From contig JAAILG010000069.1 in NCBI GenBank assembly GCA_012026655.1, positions 1 to 64,000 on the forward strand: 64,000 nucleotides of DNA. The letters run 5' to 3'. Positions 1 to 12,015 of this stretch are shown here, one piece after another. The stretch is from Hydrolagus affinis. Its lineage: Eukaryota. The notes under the pieces were generated by a model. That model was not told the DNA's origin and searched no databases. It saw only the letters and a program-made list of their open reading frames with translations. Position 1 is the first letter of the stretch. Each line of letters opens with the position of its first letter. The position numbers and the translations under genes are program-made.

Positions 1-2542
1 TCCAGGTGCTGGTCTGTTCCTGTGGACTGGGCAGATTTTAACTTCTCCCAGGGTTTAGTTAGGTCTTGAATAGAGACCAGGTTTCTTTGCCATCATTTTA
101 CCAAGAAAGATCATTTTTAAAAAGTATGTTATGAAAGTTTACACTTTTAAAATGGCGCTTTCAAAACTGACTGCCTTTCAGACTGGACTTGCTTTATGGT
201 AGCAATACGCCTTTGAATTTGCTAAAAGAAAAAAAAGGTAGTTTGGGGATAATATTGGTTAGGAGACAATACTGTAGGTCACATTGTTTAACCAAACATC
301 ATTTCCTTTCATATATTGAAAAATACAGATCCATGAGAAAGTTACAAGACTTACGTAAACTTGACTGCCATGCACTTGGACAAGTTCTAAAGCTTTTCTG
401 AACTACACATAGCAAATACATACCATCTTTTAAGGTGTCATATATTATATATTCTTTCCACTTTTCATCAGACATTAATGACATTGAGTAAGAATGCTTG
501 GTGTAAAACCAAGGACATTGCTGCTCACAGTGACTTGGAGCCCAAAGTATAACAGCTTCAATCTGAAGATGCTGCAATGCTTTGAAGTATACTGGTTGGT
601 AGCTATTTACCACTTTATATTCTTAATATAAATTACTGTTATTGCTATGGTGACATTCCTAATGATACTACTAAAATTCAATAATGTTAGTAATCAGCAG
701 TAACAGAAAGAATATTCATTGGCAATATCACATAACAGGTCCTCAATGGCGGTAGATTTCAACATTCAGCTGACACAGTCCTGTAGTATAACGAGGGAAC
801 AAAGATTGAAAGAGAAAAAAATTGTCAATGTGTAAAAAAAAGCAAAAAGGCCTGGGTTTGATGGGGGCAGCTACTGTTCTTGTTGAAGAGAAGACCTTTA
901 GGCAAAGTGATTCTTCTGCATGTAAGAGGTTAATGTTAGCATAACACAATAACTAACATGTTTTCATCAACTGCAGGAAAACGTCAATTATCCAAACTAT
1001 TTATAATTAGAAGTAGTGTGGATCCGATAATTCATTTGTTGAGATACTCAAACACCAATTAGGAAGTACACATCAGCCTATTCCTTTGTCAGTGTGGTGT
1101 GTGACATATTGTACCTGTCACTATAATGTATCACTTATCTCCTATGCAAAACTCCAGTAACTTGCTATGTGCTACGACACGGTGAAATCCCTCTTCCTGT
1201 CAGCAGAATTGAGGGGATGTTTATCATTGCACTATAAAATATGTACTTTCGTGCATACAAATAAATGCAAAGATGGTGTCTTTAAACAGCTGACGGTAGC
1301 CTCGAAGTGCTGAGGCCGAGGCCAGATCATGCCACTTGTGTGAAAATTACAAGATGTGTATTGTGTAATAATCCATGCATTTCATAAAGTGCCTGTCATC
1401 TAAACATCTCAAAGTGCTTCAAGGGATTTACTGTGAGGTGTAGTGAATGTATATTTGCACATTGCAGCCTATCAAATGATAGCTGCACTTATAAGCCAAA
1501 ATCACATCAACCTCTGATCTCTCCCCTCTCTCACTCCCCACCCTCGCCCCTCCAACCCCCCCACTCCCAGCTTTAGACAATTCCCCCCCCCCCCCCCACC
1601 CCCCAATGTTTTGCTTTACAAGAGAAGTTAAGTAACCCTTTTGCAAGACATCTGAATGTTGCCGTCAGGTTGATCACTAGAAGGTTTGTTCCTCAGTGCA
1701 GCTCAGGATGTCTTTCCTACCAGTTATAATTGTTCAATCCCTCTTCCTGTGACTGGGCCCATTTGCTACCCCTCCCTGATGGGTTCCAAGATTGGAATTT
1801 GAATGGCAACGGGGAAACGAGGAGGCCAATCTGTTTGATGGCACAACATATTGAGGCATCAACCCACCGACCCCTGCCCTATTCCTGGTCCAACTTTTGT
1901 TTCCGCAAACACACTCATTGTTGTTGAGAGTTGGTACCTCTCCTTTCTCAGACGCTTTTGTGATGAGTTCCTGTCACCAGCCACTCATAAAGATCAAGAC
2001 GGAAACTCAACCTAACAACGAGATGTTATTTTTCCAACGAGCACAACAGCTCGAAAATAGCCTCGGTTTGTTTTTACATCAATGCGTTCCCGGCTCTATT
2101 CCTCTCTACAGACTGTTATTTTATCCTTGGAATCAGTGAAATGTACAGATTTTTAAAAGTCAAATTGTTTAACATGAAAGTTCCCGAGTTCACTGAGATT
2201 GGTGCTTGTGATATCTGGTAACTAACCAATCACACCAGAGATAAGAAGTGCTCACACTTCAGGAGTGCCTGACTGCTCGGTTCAGTGATAAATTGGAGAC
2301 TATATAGATTCATGACCGAATCTGCAAATTACATTATTCTAAATACCATGCGGGTGGTAAAATCTGCTATTTCAATGGAGCCTTGAACTCAAGACTCGCT
2401 GTTTAAAAGGTCACATAATGGTGGTAACCCTCCTACATTTAAAAGAGTAAAAAATAGCAAATGTAATAAGACGACTTTGCATTCAGTTTAATATGTTCCC
2501 GTAATAGCCAACAGTCAAATGCTAGTCATGCGCCTTTCCCAC

Positions 2543-2638
2543 CTGGTATCTGTCTGAATGATGACTGTCATCTGTGGAGAGTGGCGAGGCTGTGGGAGAT
2601 TCTCCTTCCCTCTTAATCGGTGCTGATAACAGAACGGA
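2543..2638 (-). CDS. RNF220: RNF220 E3 ubiquitin ligase, internal coding exon (equivalent to human exon 5)
   Basis: Minus strand reads ttgtttctcttgtctccgcag|TCC...TAC CAG|gtggga. 96 nt, phase 0-0, translating SVLLSAPIKREGESPTASPLSTDDSHHSDRYQ. This matches human RNF220 SLLLSASIKREGESPTASPHSSATDDLHHSDRYQ as recalled. Confidence 0.96.
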
Positions 2639-2807
2639 CTGCGGAGACAAGAGAAACAAAAAAGAAACCTGCGTGAAAAATATCATTCAATTCCCCCCGA
2701 CACGATCCTCATCACTGTCGGAAATGAAAAACCTCACGCAAGCCACCGGAATATTGTGAGCGGATCATACTCCAAGTCACAAAAGGGTTTCGACACAAAG
2801 GTGATAC

Positions 2808-3145
2808 TAATAATAATAATAATAATCCTTGCATTTGATATAACCCTTTTCACGTCTCATAGACGTCTCAAAGCGCTTCACAGAATATACTGTAAAGTGA
2901 ATTGACTGTATATTTGTGGGCGAAACGCGGCAGCCAATTGCGCACAGCAGCGTCCCCCACAAACAGTCGTGGAGGGAAATGACCCATTTTTATTATCATT
3001 TTGAGGGATTATTATTAGGCGTGTGTGTGTGTGTGTGTGTGGAGTAAGGAAACTTGCCCAAGGTTTCGCCCTGACCTGCCTGGATTCGAACACAGGTCTC
3101 ATGCTTGTAAGGCGAGCGCTCTAACCACTGAGCTACAGCAGCTCC
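2808..3145 (-). mobile_element. Full-length tRNA-derived SINE (SINE2-1_CM-like)
   Basis: Minus strand has a head with A box TAGCTCAGTGG and B box GTTCGAATCC, a body gctgctgtgcgcaattggctg, and an L2-like tail tatcaaatgcaagg(att)n. Many paralogs occur in the window. Confidence 0.92.
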
Positions 3146-3898
3146 AAAGACATAAATAATTTTAACAGTGTGCCACACCACAGAGGCACACCTCACTGAT
3201 TTAGAACATTTCCAAGGCTGCGTGGCGACAATCCGAGGCACGTTTATGTGTAGACCCAGACCAGGCAAGGCAGGGCTATTGATTGCAAATTATTCCTATC
3301 ATTAGCCCCTGGGTCAATTAATGTAAATTCCTGAGCTGATATTGCCAATTCCGTTTGTAGGTTTTCCTTGCCTATGTATGGTTGTATTCAGAGGGGAATC
3401 TAGTCACATCTAAACACTTTTATCGGAAAAAAAAATCAGCCCTGATGGTCCAACCCCTATTGGGATAAATATTTCCTTCTTCATCAGTTCCAGAGCTGGG
3501 CTGATGTCCAGAATGTATCAATACAGTATCTTGAGATGTAATTAAGTTTCCCCCCACCTCCCATTCTAAAACCTCTTATTCAAAATAGAGGTCAAATGAT
3601 TAATAGACCACAATAGTTTTCGTCAAGTAGAAGCTTATTCCAGTATTAATCAAATAACTGAATAATCGGTGTTCTCGCTAGGCAGACAGTAGAATTAAAT
3701 GTTATGTATTGGTTTCATACTTTTGGCTCGCTGCTAAAGCAAGGCCCATTTATTTTACAGCCTCTGAGATCCATGGCGACGACCTCTGAAAAATGTAGGG
3801 CTGAACTAATCCCAAACATGTCAATCTCAAGCTCTCGTCTGCATATGGCTCGCAGTTCAGTTTAATAAAGTATCTCTAAATACTGTGAAGCCGCTCAC

Positions 3899-3946
3899 TT
3901 CAAAAAAACACCTCCCTTGCATGCTAAAGTGGAAAGGCAGAACCAT
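3899..3946 (-). CDS. Candidate alternative exon of RNF220 (MVLPFHFSMQGRCFFE, or a 25-nt microexon at 3899-3923)
   Basis: Two in-frame ATGs followed by donor GAA|gtgagc in phase 0, in frame with the 2543-2638 exon. An internal acceptor ctttccactttag would give a 25-nt phase 2-0 exon instead. Confidence 0.25.
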
Positions 3947-5065
3947 TGATACAGAATAACACTGACCTCCTGCAGCCGTGGTGTATTATAGGAATGTCAC
4001 AAATAATAGATCCTTTAATGCCAACCCATTATTGGGTTGTCTGGATGAATAATCGATTGCTCAGTGATGACTAAAGAGGAATCTGCCCAGCAGTTACATT
4101 TCTAGCGTTTTATTATTTTTTTTAACAATAAATATTGTGATTTGGAACGGCAGCGCAGAAATAAAGCACCATCTTTCATCCGAAGCCGTACAGCACCCTC
4201 CGTTTTTCACGCGCGCAAAGATTCGGAGTTGCCAGTTTGTTTGGGTTTGACTGTTCGAATGAGGGGTAATGTAACTAAGGAGCCTGATCTGCACTGTTCA
4301 ATCTGAGGATCTGAACTAAGGTTCCTTCAATCCAATCTTCCAGAATTCCAGGATTCTGATACTGAACTGAAAGAGACAAATTGGAAAAAATAGTTGATGC
4401 TGTGACAATGGGATGCAGATTGAATTGGGTTATTTGACTTGTATGTGACCACAAAGTAGAGGATATAGATTTAAAAAACTAGCAAGTCATGAGACAACTG
4501 TATTTTCCCATAGATTGCTGCACGTGCTGGAAAGTCTCATTGAGATTGAGATGAACAAATATCCCATGGGATGCAATAGTCCTTCTTCTGCAGGGCCGGA
4601 GAGGAATTCTGCCTCTGGCCTGCTGCCTTAGTGGAGATGTAGGGCAGAGTTCAGAGAATATTTTCCTCAAGAAACTTTGCAAGCGTTTACATTATAGTGG
4701 TATGTCATGCATGGTTCACCTAAAACAAGAGCTTACTGGGTGAATGGCCTTGTACTTTCTTATAAACCAGTTCGAGCAAAATTCACCAACATGATCTGGC
4801 ATTTAGTGAATGATGTTCTCACATCATCCAGTGTAGTGGTATTGTACTACACTCACTTTTCAAGTCACTTTCCAGTCACTCACATTGACTGGATCTCCAA
4901 TTAAAATCCTTTCTTCAGAGGCTAATTGGAACGCTGGTCATCAATTAGGTACGTTGGTTTAATATATAAAATATATTGAAAATATCACCGGAGATAGAAT
5001 TTGTAATTTATTCTCATGCACTAATTATTATTACTGCAAGCCTTTTTAGTCTGTTTTAGTTTAGT

Positions 5066-5190
5066 TTTGCCCACAAAATATACAGTCAATTCACTTTACA
5101 GTATCTTCTGCGAAGCGCTTTTGAGAAGTCTCGAAGACATGATAAGGCACTGGATCAAATACAAGTATTAATATTATTCTTCTTATTATT
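5066..5190 (+). mobile_element. SINE 3' fragment
   Basis: cccacaaaatatacagtcaattcactttacagta...tcaaatacaagtatta matches the 3' part of the SINE. Confidence 0.85.
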
Positions 5191-7589
5191 GCTGGGGAAT
5201 TAAGTGTTTTAGTGCCGGACACAGAAAGTAGGACAGAGCTATAGGGATCTCAGATGAGTTGAGGGTTTTCTTCTCCCAATTGCATCGCAGGTTCAATTAC
5301 CCAGTGGCACTGAGTTCAAATGAACAAGAAACAAGAACAAAGATCCCCAAATGTCATGTTGTTTAACTTAAACCAAAGGTCATTTGTAGAATCGTCCATC
5401 TCAAGTTCTGTATTTACATGTGAAAGGAAGGAAGGTGATAAAAAACAATGTGATGAAATGCTGGCAGTAAAACAGCGGCGTGTGAGAGTAAAGGACAAAT
5501 TGTATCTGCAGTAGGATCTTCAATATATTTTATATATTTCTAGTGACTCCAAACATAAAGCTCACGGAGATGGGAGAAATCAAGGAAGAGGGGTATGTGT
5601 GACCCATTCACCTGCAACCTCTCCCCCCACCCCCCCACCCCCCACACACACACTCACTCTCTGCTTGAGAGATGGAGTGTAGGTAGGTCGGGTACTTGTG
5701 CTGAGAGATGAAGAAAAACGATAAAAGGGAGTAAAAATTAATCAAAAAAATAATTTGCCCAGCATGATTAAAAAACATAACTTTTACACAATCGGCTAGC
5801 TCAGCACAAGTGACATTTGCAGGAGGGAAAAGTATCTTCAAAAGGTAAGAGCTTAAAAATAATAATTCATGGCTTTTCAACCTTTTACATGATGTTCTCC
5901 CACCAGCTAATTTTAGGTTTAATGGCAGTAAGGCAATTAATCTTTGCAAGCCTAGTGGCTCCAACACCTCTGACTCCAAGACAGCTCTTTTTCAGAGAGA
6001 AAGCATTAGACCTCTATTCCCTGCTATTTTCTATCCTGCAAATTAATCTTCGTCCTACATCTCCAAAATGAATTGAAATTGCTAGCACACTGTAAATATT
6101 GTTTCCCTATGCGCACAGGATCATGTGTCATAAAGTGAATGGAAGTGCATTTCCCTCTGACATTTTGTTAACTCAATTCCCTTTAAGGCAGCCATTTGAG
6201 ACCATTAAGTACTATCCCCTCATTTACAGACGGTTTGGAGAAGAAATCTGCAAGCCTTTTTCTTTCTCATTCCTTTTTTTCCTTTGTATCCTGCTGGGCT
6301 GTCAGCGAAATAATTTTTTTTAAAAAAGAGAAATCTACGCTTTACTCTCTTGCTTGTTGCTTCTCTTAGTTTCTTTTGTCTCAAGACAGAGCATCCCTGG
6401 TCTGTCCTCCCAAACAGCCAAACTCAAATCAAAGTCTCCACCAACTACATTTAGTTATGTGTTACTTGAAAAATCCTGCTGCCAATGATTTCAGCGCCTT
6501 ATTGAATAGATACAATGCAAGGCTCCTTCTAAATTGTCCTAGCAGAATGCCACAAATCCCTACCTCCAAAGAGAAACTCACTCCTGCACCTATATAGTTT
6601 TAATTCCATTTGCCACATCGAACGCTCTTGCTTAAATGGAGTATCAAAGAGATATATTAATATTGGTGGCGCAGAGTAGCTTAAAGTTAATACTGTCATC
6701 GCTGGAACTTCAGATCGAAAGTGTACAGAGAGGCTCAAGGATCACTTCCTTTCAGTAGAAAAATTCCCACAACTTAATAACAACTTTTGAGTCCCAAATA
6801 AAACATCCCCACTAGAAGCTGGACATACACTAATGCGGCTTGTGCAATGTTTGTTGCAGACATATGTATATCTCCCCATTGAGCAGATCTGTCCAGCTCA
6901 CAGGTTTAGGATTCTGTTTAAAGTTGCAGCACGAGTACAGGGGGAAGATTACTTATTTTGCTAAACATAATCTTGCTGAAACTTTACATTTTCGTTTGTT
7001 ATTCTGGGGTGAAATTTGCCATTTGTACTAACCATATGGAAAAAGAGCAGTGAGCAGAGCTAGGGAATTACAAGTGTCCTTATCATCCCAATGTTTCTTT
7101 CATCAGAGCCCATGCTATAGCTTCCTTTGCATATAAACTAATAGTATGTTTAAGGGCTAAATACCACTCAATGGTATTGTAGCACATAAACTAGGTAGAG
7201 ATAAAATACCAATTGGTAACGAGTGCAACAGGTGAACAAGACATATGTGTGGACAGGGAGGTTTTAAAATAAATTCTTATCCTGAAATAAAACTGATCGA
7301 CATTTCACTCAGCACACAACAAACAGCTCAGCACAGTGTACTGACAGTTAGCACTGTCTTCTCAGAATCTAATCCATTTTCTTTCCAACATATATTTTTC
7401 TTTGCTAAGCAATTTGTACAGTGTGTGAATTGCTCGATGAATGATTAAATGGACTGTGTGACAAAGATTTGCCTGCCAATTGATTCCTTTTATTACAGTT
7501 TGTAAAAATCCTGATTCAAGCATAACATTTCTGAGCAAACCAGCCCTGTTTATGAGAATTTAACTGCACATCTTGAGGCACTGATTGTT

Positions 7590-7810
7590 AGTGTCGGCTT
7601 TTAACAATCATCCTTTCACTTTAGGAATGTGGATTCAAATCCTGATCAGATCGCTCTGATGAAGAAGCTCTTTGGGCAAATCCAAAGCACACAGATTTCT
7701 GTAAATGCCAACTAATTGGCACTCATTTACCATCACTAATCACTTTGTAAGACCATGGAGATAAATGGCGCAGAAACAATGGAGGAATCAAACATGGTTC
7801 CTTCCCGTTT
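7590..7810 (+). mobile_element. Ancient LF-SINE-like remnant
   Basis: cctttcactttaggaatgtggattcaaatcctgatcag and actaattggcactc resemble the recalled LF-SINE head (CCTTTCACCTCTAGGTCACTGGGTTCAAATCCAGCCCAGG) and core (ACTAATTGGCACCC), in the right order. Confidence 0.55.
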
Positions 7811-8048
7811 TGAACATCTCAAGGTACAATAGAGCACAGGATTTAAGTCGACATAAAATGAAAATCCTGCTCCAAATATGTGTCAAATCCGACCTCTTTC
7901 TCCACCTGTGTGACCATGTGCCCGGCAACTGTACTTCTGAATTTCTCAGTTGCTGATTTGATTTGCCAATAAGTGATGAATTTGGTTCAGATTTTTGTTG
8001 ATGGGCTTATGTCAGCGTGCAAGTGAGCTGAAATGATGATTCTCAAGA

Positions 8049-8345
8049 TCGTGAGGGGATTCGAGAGGGTAAACAGGGAAAACCTGTTTCCACTAGTGCG
8101 TGTGTCAGTGACTCGAGATTTAGAATAGTTAAAATAGTTTCTAAAAGAAGCAGAGGGGACGTGAGAAGAAATTTTTTCTCGCAGCGAGTTGTTTGGGCTA
8201 GACGTTTATTTGGGGAGGACGGGTTTGCACGGTTATGGGGAGAGAGCTGGGGGAGTGGAATTGAGTTGCTCTTTTCAAAGAGCCGGCACGGACTCAATGG
8301 GCTGAATGGCCTCCATTTGTGCCATAAGATTCTATGATTCTACGA
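8049..8345 (+). mobile_element. CR1-clade LINE 3' fragment
   Basis: Encodes VRGFERVNRENLFP and RRNFFSQRVV (CR1 ORF2 C-terminus), followed by 3' UTR gggctgaatggcctcc and an (attctatg)n tail. Confidence 0.88.
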
Positions 8346-8371
8346 TACTCGCTTTCCTCAGTCATGAGACA

Positions 8372-8440
8372 AAGGGACACTTTTGAAGACGTGATAAGGC
8401 GCTATAATCAAATGCAAAGATCATTATTATTATTATTAAT
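8372..8440 (+). mobile_element. SINE tail fragment
   Basis: gacgtgataaggcgctataatcaaatgcaaagatcatt(att)n. Confidence 0.8.
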
Positions 8441-8837
8441 AGCCTAGGAGACATTCAAACCTAAATCCCACAGATGAAAGCACTGTTTTAATGTTGTCTC
8501 TGCTCTGCAGTAAAATCTGTCCTAAAGAAGCTCCTATAAAGTGAGAAACTTCACCTTCAATTGTTTGAAGCATTTAGCGTTTTGGGACTCTCGTCAAATT
8601 AAGTAGCTGTCTGAGAGGGGGTAGTTTTGTTGATGGAATTGATTCTCATCAGAATGTGGTTCCACTAAAGTATGTGTAAGAAAATATATAGGGTAATGTT
8701 AGCATATAAAATATTGAAGCTCTCTGTCTGTCAACGAATGCAATGCTAAGATAGTTCAATATTGTTCCAATTATTGGAAAAATATACAAGAATAAAATAT
8801 ACTATGAAAGGCTTTAGCCAGTGTGTCTATCCATAAA

Positions 8838-8950
8838 GTTCACCCACAAAATACAGTCGATTCACTTTATAATGCCAGCATATCCTGTGAAGCACATTGA
8901 GACGTCTCGATAATATGATAAGGCACTGCATCAGTTGCAAGAATTATTAT
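8838..8950 (+). mobile_element. SINE 3' fragment
   Basis: cacccacaaaatacagtcgattcacttta...gttgcaagaattattat. Confidence 0.8.
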
Positions 8951-9732
8951 ATAAATCTCCATCATCACACGGAAGAGCAGTTTTTAAAAAGTTTTAGATG
9001 TAATTCATAATGCTTAAAATCTTAAAGAGATTTATGTTTTAATGAAAAAATAATGAACTGTAAATGTTTTTATTAACACCATTTATCCCCATCTAATTGT
9101 GTCTTACTTACACATAAAAGAAGGTATTAGAAGTGAGAGAGCCACAATGAAAAAAAACAGAAAGACATCCTGTAGATTCTGCTCTTAAAGGTCCTTGACA
9201 TTAATATTCTCACAGCATCAACAAATTCAGGAACAAGGTCTTTGTTTGCAATAAAACTCCACAGTGGCTGCCAAAAGTTAGTCATCTCATGGTTCAGCCT
9301 TTAATGGCTTGTTCTTACTCAGGATTGACGGGCCCCTGCAATATTTTCTACACTTTAATCCCCCTCTGAAGGCAACCGAAAGTCCTTGAAGAATGCTTGT
9401 TTAGAAAAGACTTAATTCTAACTTAACTTGAAATGAGACGCTCCAGTGATTAGACACATCTTACGCCAGTTTCACAGACTCAATCTCTCCATTTCTCTCT
9501 TGCTTTTGTTTTTATTGCATCCTGACACAGGCTTTTTGCATTTTCTTATTTAAATATGACTTATTTTTGTATCTTGTTTCTTTCTCTTGGCTCTTTGTTT
9601 ATTGTTTGCATCAGAATTTTTTTTTTACTTGTTTCCTTTAGCTTTTTCTCTCATATGGCCCCCCACTCCACACATTTTTACAACCTCAACTCATCTTTTT
9701 GAAACTTAACACTCAGCCACAGACTCACTTAC

Positions 9733-9778
9733 CTTCACTGTCCCCTGAATGATGTTGTCCTTTAATGTGGAATGCTTA
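9733..9778 (-). CDS. RNF220: RNF220 internal coding exon (equivalent to human exon 4)
   Basis: tttcctgtttgtctcaacag|T AAG CAT...GTG AAG|gtaagt. 46 nt, phase 2-0, translating (S)KHSTLKDNIIQGTVK. Same length and phase as the human exon (S)KNSLLKDAMAPGTPK, and it joins both neighbouring exons in frame. Confidence 0.92.
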
Positions 9779-9989
9779 CTGTTGAGACAAACAGGAAATA
9801 ATTATTGAGTTTTAATGTGGCTTCGGTCCTACCAGTAACTGTAGACAACTTTTTGCATGAAAAACAGCTACAGGTACTGTATAATGTTTTATGCTGTTTG
9901 TGAATAAGTTATATTGAAAGAGAAACTTCTCGCAAGTGAGGCCATGTTGTCATTGTTCATATGTACAGTAGGATACCTTGTATAGCATT

Positions 9990-10200
9990 CAACAACAACA
10001 TTATATTCATAGAGCGCCTTTCACGTCGGGAGGACGTCCCAAGGCACTGGACAGTTCGGAAATTCTTTTGTATAAAGGGTGGTGAGAATGCGGAACCCAC
10101 TGTGAAGCACAAAGCATTGATGCATTCCAAACTCAACGCATATATGAAAGGAACGAAATAGAGGGATACGGCAGAGTGGGATTCGAGGGATGGAGGCTTA
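9990..10200 (-). mobile_element. L2-clade LINE 3' end fragment
   Basis: (aac)n tail plus agcgcctttcacgtcgggaggacgtcccaaggcactggacag, shared with the larger L2 fragment at 52678-53207. Confidence 0.75.
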
Positions 10201-11045
10201 CATGTTGAGGAAAAAAACACAAAAAAATATGGAGGGAGCAATTTAAAATATAATTTAAAGTCTGTTTCACTCCAGTACAAGTGTGCTTGAAGAGTTAATT
10301 TGTCACGTTTTGTTTTCAGCTATTAAAAAATGAATCACTGGTAACACAAATTGAAATCTTCCACTATTTCCCTCTCTAGGTCTCCCTGTGTCTTTCAGTC
10401 AATGGAACTTGCAGTAAACCCTCTCCCAGACTGCTGGCAATCTCTCTCTATGCCGAGACTGCCATCAGATTCACACGCATCCTCAAGGGTCAATGTTTCT
10501 CTCTTGTCAGCCCTCCTTCCCCGACGCTCCTAACCTCTGTTCCGTCCCTCTCCTGAAGGTATGGCTGAGGAATTACAGGTGTGAATCCCATGGTATCTGG
10601 TGCACCCTGACATGATGTGCTTCAACAAGGGTCTCGTGGAAGGAAAGACAAAGTAATTATAAGAAGGTTATAACTGTGATGTACTGCCCTCACTGGTACT
10701 TTGAAGATATTCCCTAGAAAGGATCCGGAAATTGAAATGAGAAATTTCTCATTTTGTTAATTGTAGCCAATAATCTAACGTTACCAAAATTAATGTACAT
10801 ATAACCACAACAAAATTACATTTCTAAAGCGCCTTTTGCGTTGAGGGGAGACGTGGATATTTTCTCCCTCATCTTTGCAGATGGAGGTGATATTTGGAGG
10901 GGCAGTGGGAAGAAGACATCAGCTTTGGAGCAAGGGATTTGTGAACAAAGTTTCACGTGCAGAGTGAAGGGGAGTTTCACACAGCAAGACATTAAACAGA
11001 GAACCACTCTGTCAAGTAAATCACTGCAAATTACTGGTAATAATA

Positions 11046-11148
11046 TTAATAATAATCCTTGCATTTGATACAGCGCCTTATCACGTCTTCAAGACGTCTC
11101 ACAGCGCTTCACAGAATATACTGTAAAGTGAATTGACTATATATTGTG
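11046..11148 (-). mobile_element. SINE 3' fragment
   Basis: aataatccttgcatttgatacagcgcc...gtgaattgact. Confidence 0.88.
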
Positions 11149-11915
11149 ATGGATTGATAATGATAATATCAGAGAGATTTGTCATATTTTGTGAGACAAT
11201 GTATTTGGACCAGTTTGGGGAAATTTTGTTTTATTACTTTTCTACATAAAAAACATGACTAACTCATATAACCTATTAATTTCTCTACCAGCCAGGCAGA
11301 TTTTTTTTTATTAATTACGATGAAGTGAAACTCTTCAATTATACATTTAAATGATCAAAGTTTCAATTTAATCTCTTTTAAAATTTTCCCCTTTTAGACA
11401 AGTTCAATTCGAAACACTTATACAGCTTTAGAAAATGAGTTGAAAATAAATTTTTTATTAAAGTAATTACACGATGACAGACGTACATTTTTCTTTTGCA
11501 AACGAAAACAGTGCACTAAGAAGTAATGATTTTTTTGTCAGATCAGATTTGTCAGTTTTGCCCTCCCTTCCTCAGTCTAGCACTTAACTGTTGAAAGATG
11601 GGAGGCATAACATGCATGTAGTTGAGAATGTATTGTACGAAAATTGCATACTTATAGCACTGAAGCTAAGAGCCTCGAGGGGGAAACCAACTTACTATAT
11701 ATAAAGGCCAGACCTGAAGTGCATCCGCCTCCCAACTTTGGGAATGACTGATTACAAGACAGCAAGTATTAAAAAGCCTTGCTAAGCGCTGGGCGCCAAT
11801 AAGGAAAGACAGATCAAATCATATCTACGCTGCAGACACTAATATCCCAGGCTGCAAACAGGGACATCAATAAATTTTTATGAGACTTTGAAAAGATCAA
11901 CACAGTAGATGTGAC

Positions 11916-12015
11916 NNNNNNNNNNNNNNNNNNNNNNNNNNNNNNNNNNNNNNNNNNNNNNNNNNNNNNNNNNNNNNNNNNNNNNNNNNNNNNNNNNNNN
12001 NNNNNNNNNNNNNNN
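11916..12015. other. Assembly gap (100 N)
   Basis: Run of N. Confidence 1.

Noticed and set aside
1-2542. Search for the next RNF220 exon (TFLRVRANRQTRLN)
   Set aside because: Not found. It presumably lies beyond the start of the window.
3070-3145. tRNA-like sequence with A and B boxes and a TAC anticodon-like loop (also at 18245, 28430, 44570 and 60820)
   Set aside because: These are SINE heads attached to the SINE body and tail, with no proper acceptor stem, so they are not tRNA genes.
10735-10754. 20-bp perfect palindrome aaatgagaaatttctcattt
   Set aside because: Short, AT-rich and isolated, so it is compatible with chance in 64 kb.
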